This document shows positions 11,403 to 24,852 of a stretch of DNA of 64,000 nt, piece after piece. The notes beneath the pieces were generated by a model. It saw only the letters and a program-made list of their open reading frames with translations. It was not told the origin of the DNA and ran no database searches. The position numbers were made by a program, and so were the translations under genes. Where the stretch lies: positions 1,674,001 to 1,738,000 of the forward strand of contig CM035360.1 of NCBI GenBank assembly GCA_020137815.1, in the 5' to 3' direction. Every line of letters starts with the position of its first letter. Positions within the stretch are counted from its first letter, which is position 1. The stretch is from Hormiphora californensis. Taxonomy: Eukaryota > Animalia > Ctenophora.

Positions 11403-14400
11403 ATGAACAACATTATCTCTCAAGATTTCTGGTGCACCACTCTCAGCAAGGAGACCCCAGAGCACAACTGGATTATTAATGACGAGGAAATCACCCATCA
11501 TCTATTGATTGAACAGGTTCCTGCAGGCAACTTACATTTGATTTGAAAACTAAAAGTTTTAACTAGAATTCACTAACCAACTTAAATAACTCAAATAAAC
11601 TTAAATTTGTTGGCATAGTTCTAACACGACCATCTTTAATCTCTACAGGCTGTTATAGGAGTGGAGGCCAAGTCCAACTGTCTGGTGGAGGCCACATCTC
11701 AGATCGCTAGTGGAGAGGAGAAAAGCACTATGATCTGTCATCTCATACCCAATGCTGTCCCCAACTGTCAACTCAGTCTGTCTTTCAAGCAGGTATGTGG
11801 TTAATATCATGATTCGGGGGTCTATCATATCTATCCCTACCCCTTCAGTACCCCGTACCAATCTACCTACTGATACGTCTAGTGTTGTCTTAGTTCTTAC
11901 CCCTCCTCTCTCTTTGTCAGGTGAAACTGAAGCTGGTAGCTGGTGAGGGTCCAGTTTATATCACCGGCACCCACTCCCAGGAGATCGAGGATATGGAGGG
12001 AAGTGATGGTAAGTAGAATGGGGGACATGGAGGGAAGTGATGGTAAGTAGAATGGGGGACATGGAGGGAAGTGATGGTAAGTAGAATGGGGGACATGGAG
12101 GGAAGTGATGGTAAGTAGAATGGGGGACATGGAGGGAAGTGATGGTAAGTAGAATGGGGGACATGGAGGGAAGTGATGGTAAGTAGAATGGGGGACATGG
12201 AGGGAAGTGATGGTAAGTAGAATGGGGGACATGGGGGGAAGTGATGGTAAGTAGAATGGGGGACATGGAGGGAATTGATGGTAAGTAGAATGGGGGACAT
12301 GGAGGGAAGTGATGGTAAGTAGAATGTGGGATATGGAGGGAAGTGATGGTAAGTAGAATGGGGGACATGGAGGGAAGTGAAATGGGAGGTGGATAAAAAG
12401 GAGTGGTAAAAAGTCGAATTTCTAAATCCCTTACCGCTAGTAGAAGTTTCTCACTACCTCACTATCTATCCTGCAGATGAGTCGGATGATGGTATGGCGG
12501 TGCCTGAGTTGATGGACGCTGAGGCTGTGGAGGGTGAAAGTGAGGAGGATGAGGAATCAGATGATGAGGTAAACATCCCTCTCATCAGGAACCGACTGGA
12601 AATACTGGTCCCTGATTGGCTGATAACCAGTCATGTGACCTAAATAACGAGTTCTGATTGGTTGTTTACTTGTGTCGGTCGGTTCCTGCCTCTCATGTAT
12701 CTATTTGTTTGTAACACACATCTCTCAGGAGAACGTGGATGAGGACAAAATGTTGGAGGAGCTGGCAGCTGCACAGGCCAATAAACTGAAAGAGTTTACC
12801 AAGAAAAACAAGAGTGAGTTTGATAGAAGTTGTGTCTGATCATCAAAGACAACTTCTATTCAGAGTCTGATGATTCAAATAGTTTGCAACTATGTAAAAA
12901 ACACAACCCACTCCTTTATATCAGAGGGAGTTACAGCAGCCAAACCAGCCCCTGCTTCCAAGAAAGTTGAGCCTGTAGTCGAGGAGAAGAAGCCCGTCGT
13001 GGAGGAAAAGAAAGTTGTTGAAGAGGTAAAGAAAGTTGAAGAGGTAAAGAAAGTTGTTGAAGAGGTAAAGAAAGTTGAAGAGGTAAAGAAAGTTGTTGAA
13101 GAGGTTGTGGAAGAGAAGAAAGAGGTAAAAGGGAGCGGAGCTTGACCACCCAACCTTTTAATCTCAAAAAAACTTTAATTGTGGGAAGTAGCAATACCAC
13201 TATATCTTGCCAGTACCTCAGCCTTATACCCCACCGGTGATTTGCTAAATTGAGCTTGCTCAATGTATATCTTTATTCAGGTAAAGGAAGAGAAGAAAGA
13301 GGTAAAGGAGGAGGCCAAGAAAGAGGAGGCCAAGGTTGAGGAGATCGATTCACCTGCTGTTGCTGCTGAGAAAGAGGAGGAAGCCATGGAAACTGATGAA
13401 GAAGAAGAAGATGAGGATGAATCCGGTAAGATATAGTGTCCCTCCCCTCACGTTTAGTACCCCCTCCCCCATCTTAGTGCCTCGATCATGAAAATTCAAA
13501 ATTTTATGACGATTTAGTTAATATTTTAGTAGTAGTGCTAACTCACTCGTCATTCTTACAGATGAGGAAGAAGACGAAGACGATGATGAAGATGATGATG
13601 ATGACGAGGAAGGTATAAAAAAAAAAGAGCGGCACACTGTGGGGCGGTCACACTTTTACCACTCACTTTATGTAACGCGCGGTTGAATTGTGATATAGCA
13701 AGTTCAACCATACATCGCTTATATCGTGTGTCCTCTGACCGCGCGAAGATTTCACTCACCAACATCTTCAGAACTGCCTCACACCCTCTGATGATGTGTA
13801 CACGTTTTTGGGGCGGGCAAAATGTATACAATGTATTGGTACATCCACCCCATATTCAACTGTGATAGAGTCCACCCCTGCCCTTTAGTAGTACTTCTGT
13901 GGCTGTGCCCTAACTACAGGGGGCTCAAATAATTACTTCATGACTCAGATCACCACTACTCTCCTTTCTTCAGATGATGATGATGATGATGATGATGAAG
14001 AGGTAGAGTCTGATGAAGAAGAAGATGAAGAGGGAGAGAGTGAGGAAGAAAGTGAAGAGGAGGAGGAGGAGGCCGCACCCATTGCAAAGAAGAGGAAAAC
14101 AGATAATGTAAGACAAATCTCTTGATATTGATCGATAATGTAGAACTAACACTGAAATCAAAACTAACATTGTCCAAGATGCTATTCCGTATTCATATTA
14201 ACTTTGTCTGTTATCTAAATTCACTCCCTTCCCACTAGGCCGCAGCAGTAAACGTAAAAGTGAGTAACGGTGCCAAACTTCCCGCCAAGGCTCCTGCCAC
14301 CCCCAAGCAGCCCGCTGCCAAGAAAGCTGAACCCAAGACCCCAGTCCAAGCTAAAACGAGCATGGTAGATCTCAAGAAGAAGCTCCTAGCGTCACCTAAC

Positions 14401-14511
14401 CTGCCCAAAAAGTACGAAAAGTTTGCCAATTTAATGAAGAATGCCCACAAAGTAGCAGATGAGAAGGAAATCAAGGGAGCGTGGGAGTTTATCCAGAAAA
14501 GTCGGAAGTAG
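11403..14511 (+). CDS. NPM1: Nucleophosmin/nucleoplasmin-family histone chaperone (multi-exon)
   Basis: Nucleoplasmin core (FWCTTL..HHLLIEQAVIG..LKLVAGEGPVYITGTH), long acidic tracts, NPM1-like C-terminal helical bundle (LPKKYEKFANLMKN..AWEF); phases of the first three exons checked and consistent. Confidence 0.85.
11993..12380. repeat. 34-nt minisatellite (~11 copies) spanning the NPM1 exon 3 splice donor
   Basis: Unit ATGGAGGGAAGTGATG|GTAAGTAGAATGGGGGAC. Confidence 0.95.
12586..12688. mobile_element. ~105-bp hAT-like MITE
   Basis: TIR CAGGAACCGAC; 8-bp TSD CCTCTCAT; intronic. Confidence 0.9.
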
Positions 14512-14777
14512 ACGAAGGAAAGAACATTCTTACCAAACCTTTTAAGATATATACGTCTATTTTTAACTTTTCATTAATTTATTATTTAAAACCCTTTTTC
14601 AAGAGCCTGATCTGGGAGAGCTACGTGTAAGATCATAAGCTAATTTTTTATTCAGTAAATTGTTTGTGTTTTATTCTTGCAAGATTCCATCCTATGATGA
14701 TACCCCTCGATACCCCTATGATAATACCCCTTGATCATCCTATCTATAACTAACAAACTCTATCAAAGGAAGGGAAA

Positions 14778-15558
14778 ATGTCACGACTCCTCTTCCTCAC
14801 ATCACTTCTCCTTGTGGTGGCCCATGCAACGCTGGAGCCACTGTCAAAAGACGAGAAGAAGAAGAAGAATAAGAAAGTGAAACCTGTCCTTGAATCAGTC
14901 GTTGAAAGAGGTACGGTATTACACTATCAGGCCAATGCTCTACGACAGTTATTACATGAACCACGTCCAATGTTGAATGTCGTGGGAGCTTGTTTTTTTT
15001 CGCCGTGCTTTGCATGGCCTTCACAATACCTCCATATGCAGGGTTGGTAAAAACGGAGCCGGTATATACAGAGATCACGAAGAACTACAACAAATACAGT
15101 CTAGCCCATGTTAACAAGAAGATGTTCCCTGGAGAGCTATTGGGGTTTGTTACACCATGGAACAGCCACGGGTATGATGTGGCCAAAACATTTGGTGCCA
15201 AATTCAACATGATCTCACCTGGTAAGTATACCACTATTGTGCTCCTTTATAAGCTTGCATACTTGCTCCTTCATAAAACTATCTGTTCCTCAGTTTGGCT
15301 ACAGATAGTACCGACAGGCCGGGGTACCTACAAGATTCAAGGTGGACATGATATAGATGCTGGGTGGGTAAAGGATGTTAGGGCTAATAATAGTAACACA
15401 ATGATTTTACCACGACTGATATTTGAACAGTGGAACCTGCAACATCTAGCACAGGTATTATTACCAAATATTGAGTATTGTCGTGTTTGTTTCTCTATCT
15501 CTTCCTCGCCAAATCTTTCTCACTCTCTATCCCTCTATCCATACCAGGTAACATCTCT

Positions 15559-15637
<79 letters not shown>

Positions 15638-17882
15638 TATCCCTCTATCCATACAAGGTAACATCATCCCCGGCTGAGCTGCTCCACATGGTCCAAGTGG
15701 TGGTGGACTTCTTCAAGGGCGAGGGATTCGATGGAGCTGTCCTTGAGATTTGGAGACAGTTCGGTGGAAGGGTAAGTACAGTTAGCTTGTCGTATGAACT
15801 AGAGACAGTTCGGTGGAAGGGTAAGTACAGTTAGCTTGTCGTATGAACTAGAGGCAGTTCGGTGGAAGGGTAAGTACAGTTAGCTTGTCGTATGAACTAG
15901 AGACAGTTCGGTGGAAGGGTAAGTACAGTTAGCTTGTCGTATGAACTAGAGGCAGTTCGGTGGAAGGGTAAGTACAGTTAGCTTGTCGTATGAACTAGAG
16001 ACAGTTCGGTGGAAGGGTAAGTACAGTTAGCTTGTCGTATGAACTGGAGACAGTTCGGTGGAAGGGTAAGTACAGTTGTCGTATGAACTAGAGACAGTTC
16101 GGTGGAAGGGTAAGTACAGTTAGCTTGTCGTATGAACTAGAGACAGTTCGGTGGAAGGGTAAGTACAGTTAGCTTGTCGTATGAACTAGAGGCAGTTCGG
16201 TGGAAGGGTAAGTACAGTTAGCTTGTCGTATGAACTAGAGACAGTTCGGTGGAAGGGTAAGTACAGTTAGCTTGTCGTATGAACTAGAGACAGTTCGGTG
16301 GAAGGGTAAGTACAGTTAGCTTGTCGTATGAACTAGAGACAGTTCGGTGGAAGGGTAAGTACAGTTAGCTTGTCGTATGAACTAGAGACAGTTCGGTGGA
16401 AGGGTAAGTACAGTTAGCTTGTCGTATGAACTAGAGACAGTTCGGTGGAAGGGTAAGAACAGTTAGCTTGTCGTATGACCGTCACAGTGGCCATCGATAC
16501 ATTGTTTTAGTGAATTATTAGTAGAAAGCTTAGCATCTAACATGACAACAGATTTCCCTTAGGAAAAGCCAAGGCTGCACCAGGTCATCAAAGCAATCAG
16601 TGAAGGCCTGAAGGAAGCGGGAAACCTAGCAACTCTTCTAGTCATTCCTCCAGGTATTTGATCTCTAATATTTCATACTGACAGCTGTGCTAGGCGTGCC
16701 CTTACATTCTCACGCGATCTATAAACCAAGGGGGGGGGGCTGACCTCGATCTATCTCTCACTCTCGGAAGTTACAATAGTTCCATGTGTTCAGGAGTGAA
16801 GCCATTCCCGGAGTTGTTTGATAAACACGACTTCAAAACTCTCCAGCCGCACGTGGACAGATTCATCATGATGACGTATGATCATCACCATGGTACTGGT
16901 AAACCAGGTAAAATGCAGGCTCTGTCCAAAGAGAGGATGTTTCATGTTACCCATTCCTTGTGATCTAACCTTCAGTAACTGTATTCCTATACAACTACTT
17001 AGCAAATGTTTATCAAGTATATACAACTCCCCATCACCAGGTCCAGTAGGTCCGATGGATTGGGGCCTCAGGAACATACTGCTTATCATGGAACATGAAG
17101 ATAATGATGCTTACAGGTGAGTAGTAGTAGTAGGAGTAGGAGTAGTACAGGTGAGTAGTAGTATATTGGCACTATTTAACACGTATACTCATCTGGGTGT
17201 CCACCACATAGCATGGGTGTCCACCACATAGCATGGGTGATAACACGTGTTCAACTTTTCTGCGTAAAGTACAGGATGAAGGGTTCAAGATAACAAAAAG
17301 AAACGATTCAGAAAATCTAGCAAAATAATCACCCTACTTTTAGGTATAAACTGTTATACGGGTTAAACTTCTACGGAGCAGATTTTAGAGGGGACGGACA
17401 ATTTGAAGGTAAAAACTTTTACCAAAACAGTACAGCAGTCAGACAAAAACTACCCTTATTAGAGAAAAACAACCCGTCCCGTCTACAAACTATATTTTCA
17501 GCTATTCTGGGCAATAGATACATAGAGCTACTCAAGTCGTACAAGCCCGGACAGTTTCCATGGCACCTCAAGGCATCCGAACACAGTTTTGAGTACAGGG
17601 AACCAGCGGGTGTTCATAAAGTCTTCTACCCAACTCTTAGGGTATGTGGTTACCTATATTTTATAGTTATCGTTACTAGTAGTTATGATTACTAGTAGTT
17701 ACTGTTACTAGTAGTTACCGTTAATATTTTTGTTAATATTTGTTAATATTTTTGTTAAACCTATTAATATTTTCTGATTTCAGTCACTACAAAAACGTAT
17801 TGAAGCTGCTGAAAAGTTCAAAATAGGCCTAGCAATCTGGGAAATAGGACAAGGACTCGACTATTTCTATGATTTATTTTAG
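14778..17882 (+). CDS. CHID1: Chitinase domain-containing protein 1 (GH18-like, secreted)
   Basis: Signal peptide; [55 protein letters not shown]. Confidence 0.93.
15753..16478. repeat. 46-nt minisatellite (~16 copies) spanning a CHID1 splice donor
   Basis: Unit GAGACAGTTCGGTGGAAGG|GTAAGTACAGTTAGCTTGTCGTATGAACTA. Confidence 0.95.
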
Positions 17883-18043
17883 TTTTTTTGCTTCTTTTTG
17901 CATGGTTAATGGCTAATGTGTCATGTATATTTAAGTAAGAGAAAGATTTTTGTTTATTTATGATGATTTATGTGCATGTGTTCCGTTTGTTGTTGTTTTA
18001 TTTTCAGTCAATTTGCCATGAGAAACCTCTGTTTAAATTAAGG

Positions 18044-18265
18044 TAGCAATGTACCCTTTCTTTCCTTAGCAACACCCTACATCTCCCTAACAACACCCCT
18101 TGTCACCATAACAACACCCCTTGTCTCCCTAGCAACACCCCTTGTCTCCATAGCAACACCCTACATCTCCCTAACAACACCCCTTGTCTCCATAGCAACA
18201 CTCCTTGTTTCCCTAACAACACCCCTTGTCTCCCTAACAACACCCTACATCTCCCTAGCAACACA
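18044..18265. promoter_or_regulatory. ~21-nt tandem array of RFX X-box-like motifs just upstream of NOC3L
   Basis: About 10 units of TTGTCTCC(A/C)TA(G/A)CAACACCC; GTCTCCATAGCAAC fits the X-box consensus. Confidence 0.45.
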
Positions 18266-18273
18266 TTTCCAAC

Positions 18274-21200
18274 ATGACAATGTGTGACTCGTCTGATGAT
18301 GAAACCGGTCTATCTATAGAACACGATGCAGATGATTATTTCACCTCTGCCGCAGATAAACGGGCGTTCCAGTCTTTTTTAAATACAAACCTAGAGGAGG
18401 ATGGAACACGGAACAAGAAGTAGGTGATTTATCAAACACCTATACTTCTCTCTCAAGTGTACTCCAACACTTTGAAAACTCCCACGAGTATCCCGTTCCA
18501 ACCTGTCAGGCCAATGCTCTAACCACAGTTCTCGTGCGCTCCGAAACGAGAATGGGTCAGGCCAATGCTCTGACAGGTTCCAACCAAAACCATTTGTTTT
18601 CAGGCAGAAGACCATGGACGAGATGGAGGAAAAACACGCTGAGAAACGTTACCTAGCAACGAAGGATGCACCTGATCTTCATCATATGTTACCCGTCAAG
18701 ACGGAGAAGGGACATCTGCAGGAGAGGGCGAGAGTTGTTGAGAAACAGAAACAAGAGGAAAAGGAAGAGGTAATGCAGTGATGTACAATATTTAGATGGG
18801 GGGTTTTCATAGACCCCCCCCCACGGCGTTTAACCTCGGACGCCGTGCCCCCCCCCCCCCCCTCATATTCTCATCTCGTACCTCTCTAATCTACTGGATC
18901 TTATTGACACTTTTCCTCATTGCAGAAAAAAGAAGAAGAAGAAGAGGAGGTGGTGGCCCCTCAGAGTATAGCTGAACTGTATAAGCTGAGACGAGATATG
19001 ATCTCAAAGGCTAAATCAGATATTGCCAGGTTAGGCGACTCACTTGTCTTTCTCCCCTTTCTTTCTAACTTCATGCCAATTTAGGGGTGCACATTTTTGA
19101 TCTTGTTCCTAGCTTCATTCCCCTATAGGTTGTGTTGTGCCATCACGGAAGACCCATACAATAACCTGGCAGCGATGAAGAAGCTTAGGGCCTACTGTGC
19201 CACCGAGGATAGTAAAGCAGGTATGTTTCCATGACAACCACTCTTCGTGTTTCCATGACAACCAAAAAAGTGTTTATTATTTGATCGATTGATTTGATCA
19301 TTAAATTGAGTAGTATGTGCTCTGCAAGCAAATTTAAACCGTGTTGTGTTTTCTCTAGGTCAAACGATACGAAAGTTGGCTATAGTATCCCTAACGGAGA
19401 TCTATAATGATATCCTGCCATCGTATCGAGTTAAACCAGCCGAGGATCTGGAAACTCTCAGCAAAGAGGTAATAGAGATAGTGTTGTGACTTTTTACCCC
19501 AGTAGGAAACTTTTACAATCCGGCTGGTATCCTAAAATTCGGTTGTTGTTGTTGTTGTTGTATGCGCCTCCGCTTCCAATCCTCTACTTGTGATTTTATC
19601 CCGTCCGGCAGCCAGTTCCTCACGCCCGAGAAGGACGGAGCTCAGGTTCCAGAGTTTCCTCTTTCCCCCGGGAGAGTTTTCTTCCTCCGTCTTATGTCCA
19701 TGGTTTTGGAGATAAGGGTGGAATCGTCTCCCATAACTGTCTTGACAGGTCCCATGAAGGGGACCGCACCAGCACTGTTTTCACATTGTGCCAGTCTCGG
19801 ATATCTCCAGCGATCCTTGGTGAGTGGCATCTCAGCATTGATCGCTTTAAATGTGGCCTTGGCTAGGACAATTCGGACGCTCCATTGACTATGGCACCTT
19901 TGTAGATTTTGCGCTGCCAACCTCTGATTTGTAATCAGTACTCCATGTGGGTTCATGGAACATCACTTTTTGTTCGTGATGCAGATGCAGCGTCCGGCCG
20001 TTCATGGGGTAGTTAGGGCAGGTTCCTTCCCAATTAACGGAACTCTGGCGTGTGAAATGTTTAGTGGGTTAGGTATCTATGTGCGTCACTCATAGAAATT
20101 TGTTTTGTAGCATGGGATAGTAGTTTGTTCTGTTTGTTGATCAGGTTTTTGAGGAGGCTTGTTTGTTGGTAGAGAATGATGATGTTGGTTTATTACCTTC
20201 ATCGTTTGGGGGGTAATCGCCATTTGGGAATCTCCTACGCTTCTCATGGACTTTTGAAGAAGCGTAGGTAGTAGCGAGGCTACTGGTTAGTGTAGTTTCT
20301 CCCTGTTGGGCTACGGAAACACCCCTTGAGTTTATCTCGACCTCGGCGTGGGAATTTTGCCGAGAGTCGGTGGTAGCTAACCAGTTATGACCTAGCTTGT
20401 TAGACCTTTTATACCTGTCCAGAGGCTAGGTGGACAGAAGGTAGAGGATGGCCAGTTGAGATTAGACCTCCTCCAGCCTGGACTTTTGCTGGAGGACGGG
20501 TTTTGGCCGGTATTTAGCCATCTACTTTGGCCCAGTGCACAAGGCTGGGGAGATGGTGTAATACCGGCCGGGGGGTATCTCTATTCAGAGAGAGATGAGT
20601 CATGAGCGGATTAGAGAAAGGAAGAGAGAAAAACACACCACCCAAGGAGGGCAGCTCTGTTTCCTTGGAGTGGTATGTGAGATGCTCCATGCAGTTCAAG
20701 AGCTTCATGGTTTACCCCGGGGTATGCCGGGTCACCCCTGAAGATTCCCTGCCTGGTCTGTAGGACACTATTGCTATCTAAAAAAATAGACATTAGCCGC
20801 GGCCTGCATCTCAAGGGCGTGGGAAGGAATCTCACCCTCCTTCGGTAAAAAATTCGGTAAAAATTTGGCTGGTTAAATAAGTGACGTCATCAAAAATTTG
20901 GCTGGTTAAATAAGTTTAGTGACGTCATCAAAAATGACGATTTTATGAAAATTTTAACCTTATACATCAAATATATATAATATGTATATATATAACTAGC
21001 GCACCCATTGGGTACGCTCAAGTAAGGGCTTTTTGATAACCCACCCGGCTTCGCCTGGTAGTTCTTTTCGCCCCTTTCAACACGGTTGCCATGGCAACTG
21101 AATTGGTAACTATGGGGACTGGCAATCGAAAATATTAACAAACTTCCACTGGAAGGTCCAAAACTGTGAGTAACAGCTTTACAGCTTTGGGCACATAGAG

Positions 21201-22736
21201 TGTTTTATGAAGGAGCAGTCTGTCGCTTAGATACCGCTTAACGAACGACCACCACTTCGACGTTCATCTCCAAATTATAATAGAGATTGTATATATAATA
21301 ATAATATGACAGCATATTTCCACAAGAAACTAGTACGTGTATTATAGTATAATACATACATTCTTTAATAATTTAATTTAATTTTACTACGTACTAAAAT
21401 TCGTAAAGTTCATAAAACTAAGTGCATTAAACTTTTATTTTTATCAAAATTGTATCAACATTTTGGTAAGAAAAAAATACATCGAAACATTTTTTAAATT
21501 AATTATACATAATAATCAAAGCAATATTTAAGTTTTTAAGGGAGATATGATTTGAACTGGGTACCTCTTGTGTTACACAGTTACTGTCGTGGGACGTCCT
21601 TACTTACTGAGCTACCCGGGGGCTGGTAAAATTACAACCAGCCGACCAGCCATAAGGATCATATTACATATACAGTATCCGAGCTCTCAATGCAGTATCC
21701 TGAAGTGATCCTGCACGAAACTTTAGTGATCCTGTCATCACAGGATCATCGGCTGGTATTTGATACCCGGCTGGTAGACCAGCCGGGTATCAAATTACAA
21801 GATCACCCGTTGTCATATTGGAGGGGTCAGGGGAATGAGAAAGTTTCTCCCTCCGTCTATTACATATGAGGGACCTAGTTCCATAAAGGTATAAGTGCAG
21901 ATATACCAAGATGGAAATTTCAGTAGGAGCATGTTTGGGATGGTCCTGTCCCTAAATCGGGGTGCCACTAAATCGGGGGCCCCTAAATCGGGGTCCGACT
22001 GTACACGCAAAGAATAATTTGGCTGGTATCCTGGATCAAAGGATCACCTAAGTTTCCTACTGGGCTTTTTACCAAAGCATAGGGTGGGAGAGAGCGAGAG
22101 GGCCGAGGGGGCAGCTTAGAGAGACTTCAGACTGTGGGAGAGAGACAGGAGATATAGTTACAATTCGTTTTCGTCAGGTGAAAGTTCAACATAGCTACGA
22201 AACAGAGTTGCTAAGAAACTACAGGGTGTTCCTTGATTTGTTGTTCGAGAACCTCAATGTTGCCTTCCAGGTATGTTTTCAAATTTTATCTGACCCCGAA
22301 ATCCGAATCATCTTGCTGCCTAGTGACTAAGATCTGAAATTGATTTTTACCTTGTTTTCCGTTCTACTTGAGTCTCCTCTTCTACAATCCTCTGTCAGAG
22401 CATTGGCTTAAATCCTTGTTTTCAGAGTAAAAAGAAGTGGGTATCAGCAAGTCGGAAGGCTCTTGGGCTGCTCTCTCTACAAAGCATGTGTGAGCTACTG
22501 GTCAAAAACTACAACTTTAATTTGAGGTAATGTGCCGCTTCTTTTACTCGACCACCACAAAAAATAAAGGCCACTTTCCTAGAAACGGTAATTTTGCAAT
22601 TTTACATTTCATTTATCTTCTTGACATTAATTTCAGGTCCTAACATTGTTCAACACAATTCTACCATATGGAACAAGCAAGGCAATGAGTGGACAACTAG
22701 CAGATGTTGTTATAAAAACTATAACCGAGGTAGGTA

Positions 22737-22804
<68 letters not shown>

Positions 22805-24704
22805 TCTCTCTCTCTCCCCTCCCTCCCCTCATCCCCATCCCTATCTTACAGATTCTTGATAAGGACAAACAAGGGGAATGCTCGGTTGAGATAGTGAGGC
22901 AGATCGCAGCGTTGATAAAGAAGAAAGGATCAAATGTCAGCACTGCTTTCCTGGAGACTCTACTTCACGTAAGGTATGTGACTTACATCAACATGTCGTT
23001 AGTTGTGTTTTGTGACTGATTGATGGGGGGCAAAAAAACCAATCCCGTCTTGAAATCCGGGATTGATCTGGTTTTTTAAACAGTCCACAACTGATTGGCA
23101 TTAGAAAACTATTCAAGATTCAGCATTCACCAACCAATACTGTGCCACACCGAACTTCTATTTGCGTTCCATGATCAGGTTGGTTGAACTGACGGAGGTG
23201 AAGCGAGAGAAGGCTGAGGAGAAGCTGGTGGATACTGCCACTCTGAGTAAAAAACAACGGAAACATCGCAAAGAACAGGTACCACATTTGATACACTGCA
23301 CCCCCAGGACGGGGAAAGGGATTAACAAGTGTGACTATGCATCGCCATTAAACAAAACAAAACCCCTCCCCAAAGTCATGTTTCTTTGAACTCTCACTGA
23401 CCCGGTCTATCTCTATATAACAAGTGTCGCGATGTGACCAGACTTCAGTTCTCTCACTGACCCGGTCTATCCATGCCAGGCGAAAGTGAGACAGGAACTA
23501 TTGGAAGCAGAAGCAACGGAAAGTAAGAAGAAGTTGTATCGATTGCAGTCAGAATCCCTTGATCATATCTTTGTAACATTCTTCAGGATCCTGAAACAAT
23601 TCCACAACACACCTCTCCTTCCCAGTGCCCTAAAAGGTTCGATATATAAGATGTATAATTTATCAGTTTGTTTCGCATATAATTTCTAGATTTATTCCAA
23701 ATCAATTGCAAATAAATACCCAACAATAACTATACATCATACCTTATTATAAGGTCTGTCAAAGTTTGCTAAACTAATTAACGTGGATTTCTTCACGGAC
23801 CTGTTTGAATGCCTGAAAAACATCACACGAGAGGAAGATTTGGAGCTGGCTGACTCTCTCAACTGTATTTCAACCATCTTTACCATCTTGACTGGTAGGT
23901 GTACTCATCTAACCCCCACCCAACTTGCATTGTTCGAACCTCTCCCTCTCCGTAAAGGAACATAATTATAACAGCACTCAAATGATAACATTATTCCCAA
24001 TCCAACTTTGTTTCGCCAATTTGATCCCTCTCTCCCCAGGCCAGGGCTCAGTATTGGATGTTGACATTGGTGAATTCTACGCCCTCCTATACCAGAACAT
24101 TCTCCTCCTCACGCCCTCAACACCACTCTCCACCTTCCGGACCTTACGGCAGACACTCACCGCCACCATCCAACGAAAAGTGCCCCTTTCTGCCCAAATG
24201 GCGATGGTAAAGCGACTGTGTACGGTATCCTTGTCCCTCTCCCCCGTTCAGGCTCACTGTCTAATGTGTGAAGCGAGGAAGCTGATCCGGGCATCTCCCC
24301 GACTCTCACAGTTGCTGCAGAGCGATGAGGAGATGGGGGTCCACTTTTTACCAGATGTTGCAGAACCGGGCCAAGCGAGGGCCGAGGGGACGGTTCTATG
24401 GGAGTTGACATTACTGGCTAGGTCGCACTGGGATGAACGGGTCAGGAAAACAGGTCAGTTGCTGAGTAGATTTGATCCAAATTCGACGAAACGATCGGAG
24501 GTGGAATATTTTATGAAGGAGCACCAGGCATTTGGTGTAAAACGTGGTTGTGAGGAGGAAATTTCAATTTTGAAAGACGATTTCCCCGAAACTTGTAAGA
24601 AGATGCAAAACAGGTTTCGGTCGGTCATGTCGGACGATATAAGTATCAGAATATCAAAGTCTGAGGAGATTGGTATGAATGGTTTGGTGTTTTTTGGGAG
24701 TTGA
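18274..24704 (+). CDS. NOC3L: Nucleolar complex protein 3 homolog (multi-exon)
   Basis: LPVKTEKG, ITEDPYNN, IRKLAIVSLTEIYNDILPSYRV, NYNFN, ELLEAEATES, IFVTFFRILK, KFAKLINVDFF. Confidence 0.92.
19544..20848 (-). mobile_element. Degenerate, truncated non-LTR retroelement fragment with (CAA)n tail
   Basis: (GTT)n at 19542-19561; flanking direct repeat AAAATTCGGT; remnant QGIFRGD resembling the RT GIxQGD motif. Confidence 0.5.
21937..22002 (-). mobile_element. pogo/Tigger-like MITE end (TACAGTCGGACCCCGATTTAG); diverged relative near 49810-49935
   Basis: TA-CAGT terminus with repeated CCCCGATTTAG. Confidence 0.5.
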
Positions 24705-24852
24705 AGTAGGAATATTTTATGTATCTAAGTTATTTTGTGGTGATTCTCAATCTTTTACTAATTGGTTTAGTAAATTACTGTTTGGTTGGTTTAGTTAACA
24801 CTATCCCTCATGTTATAGGTAACCATGGTAACATAGTGAATCATCAGCATCC

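Larger units (their letters stand above)
19498..22064. mobile_element. 2.57-kb non-autonomous TIR element with nested insertions, in a NOC3L intron
   Basis: TIR CCCAGTAGGAAACTT at both ends; 8-bp TSD CTTTTTAC at 19490-19497 and 22065-22072; internal GGCTGGTA repeats. Confidence 0.85.

Noticed and set aside
15753-16478. CRISPR-like appearance of regular repeats (also 11993-12380, 40036-41589, 57980-58680)
   Set aside because: Head-to-tail units with no unique spacers, no cas genes, eukaryotic intron context
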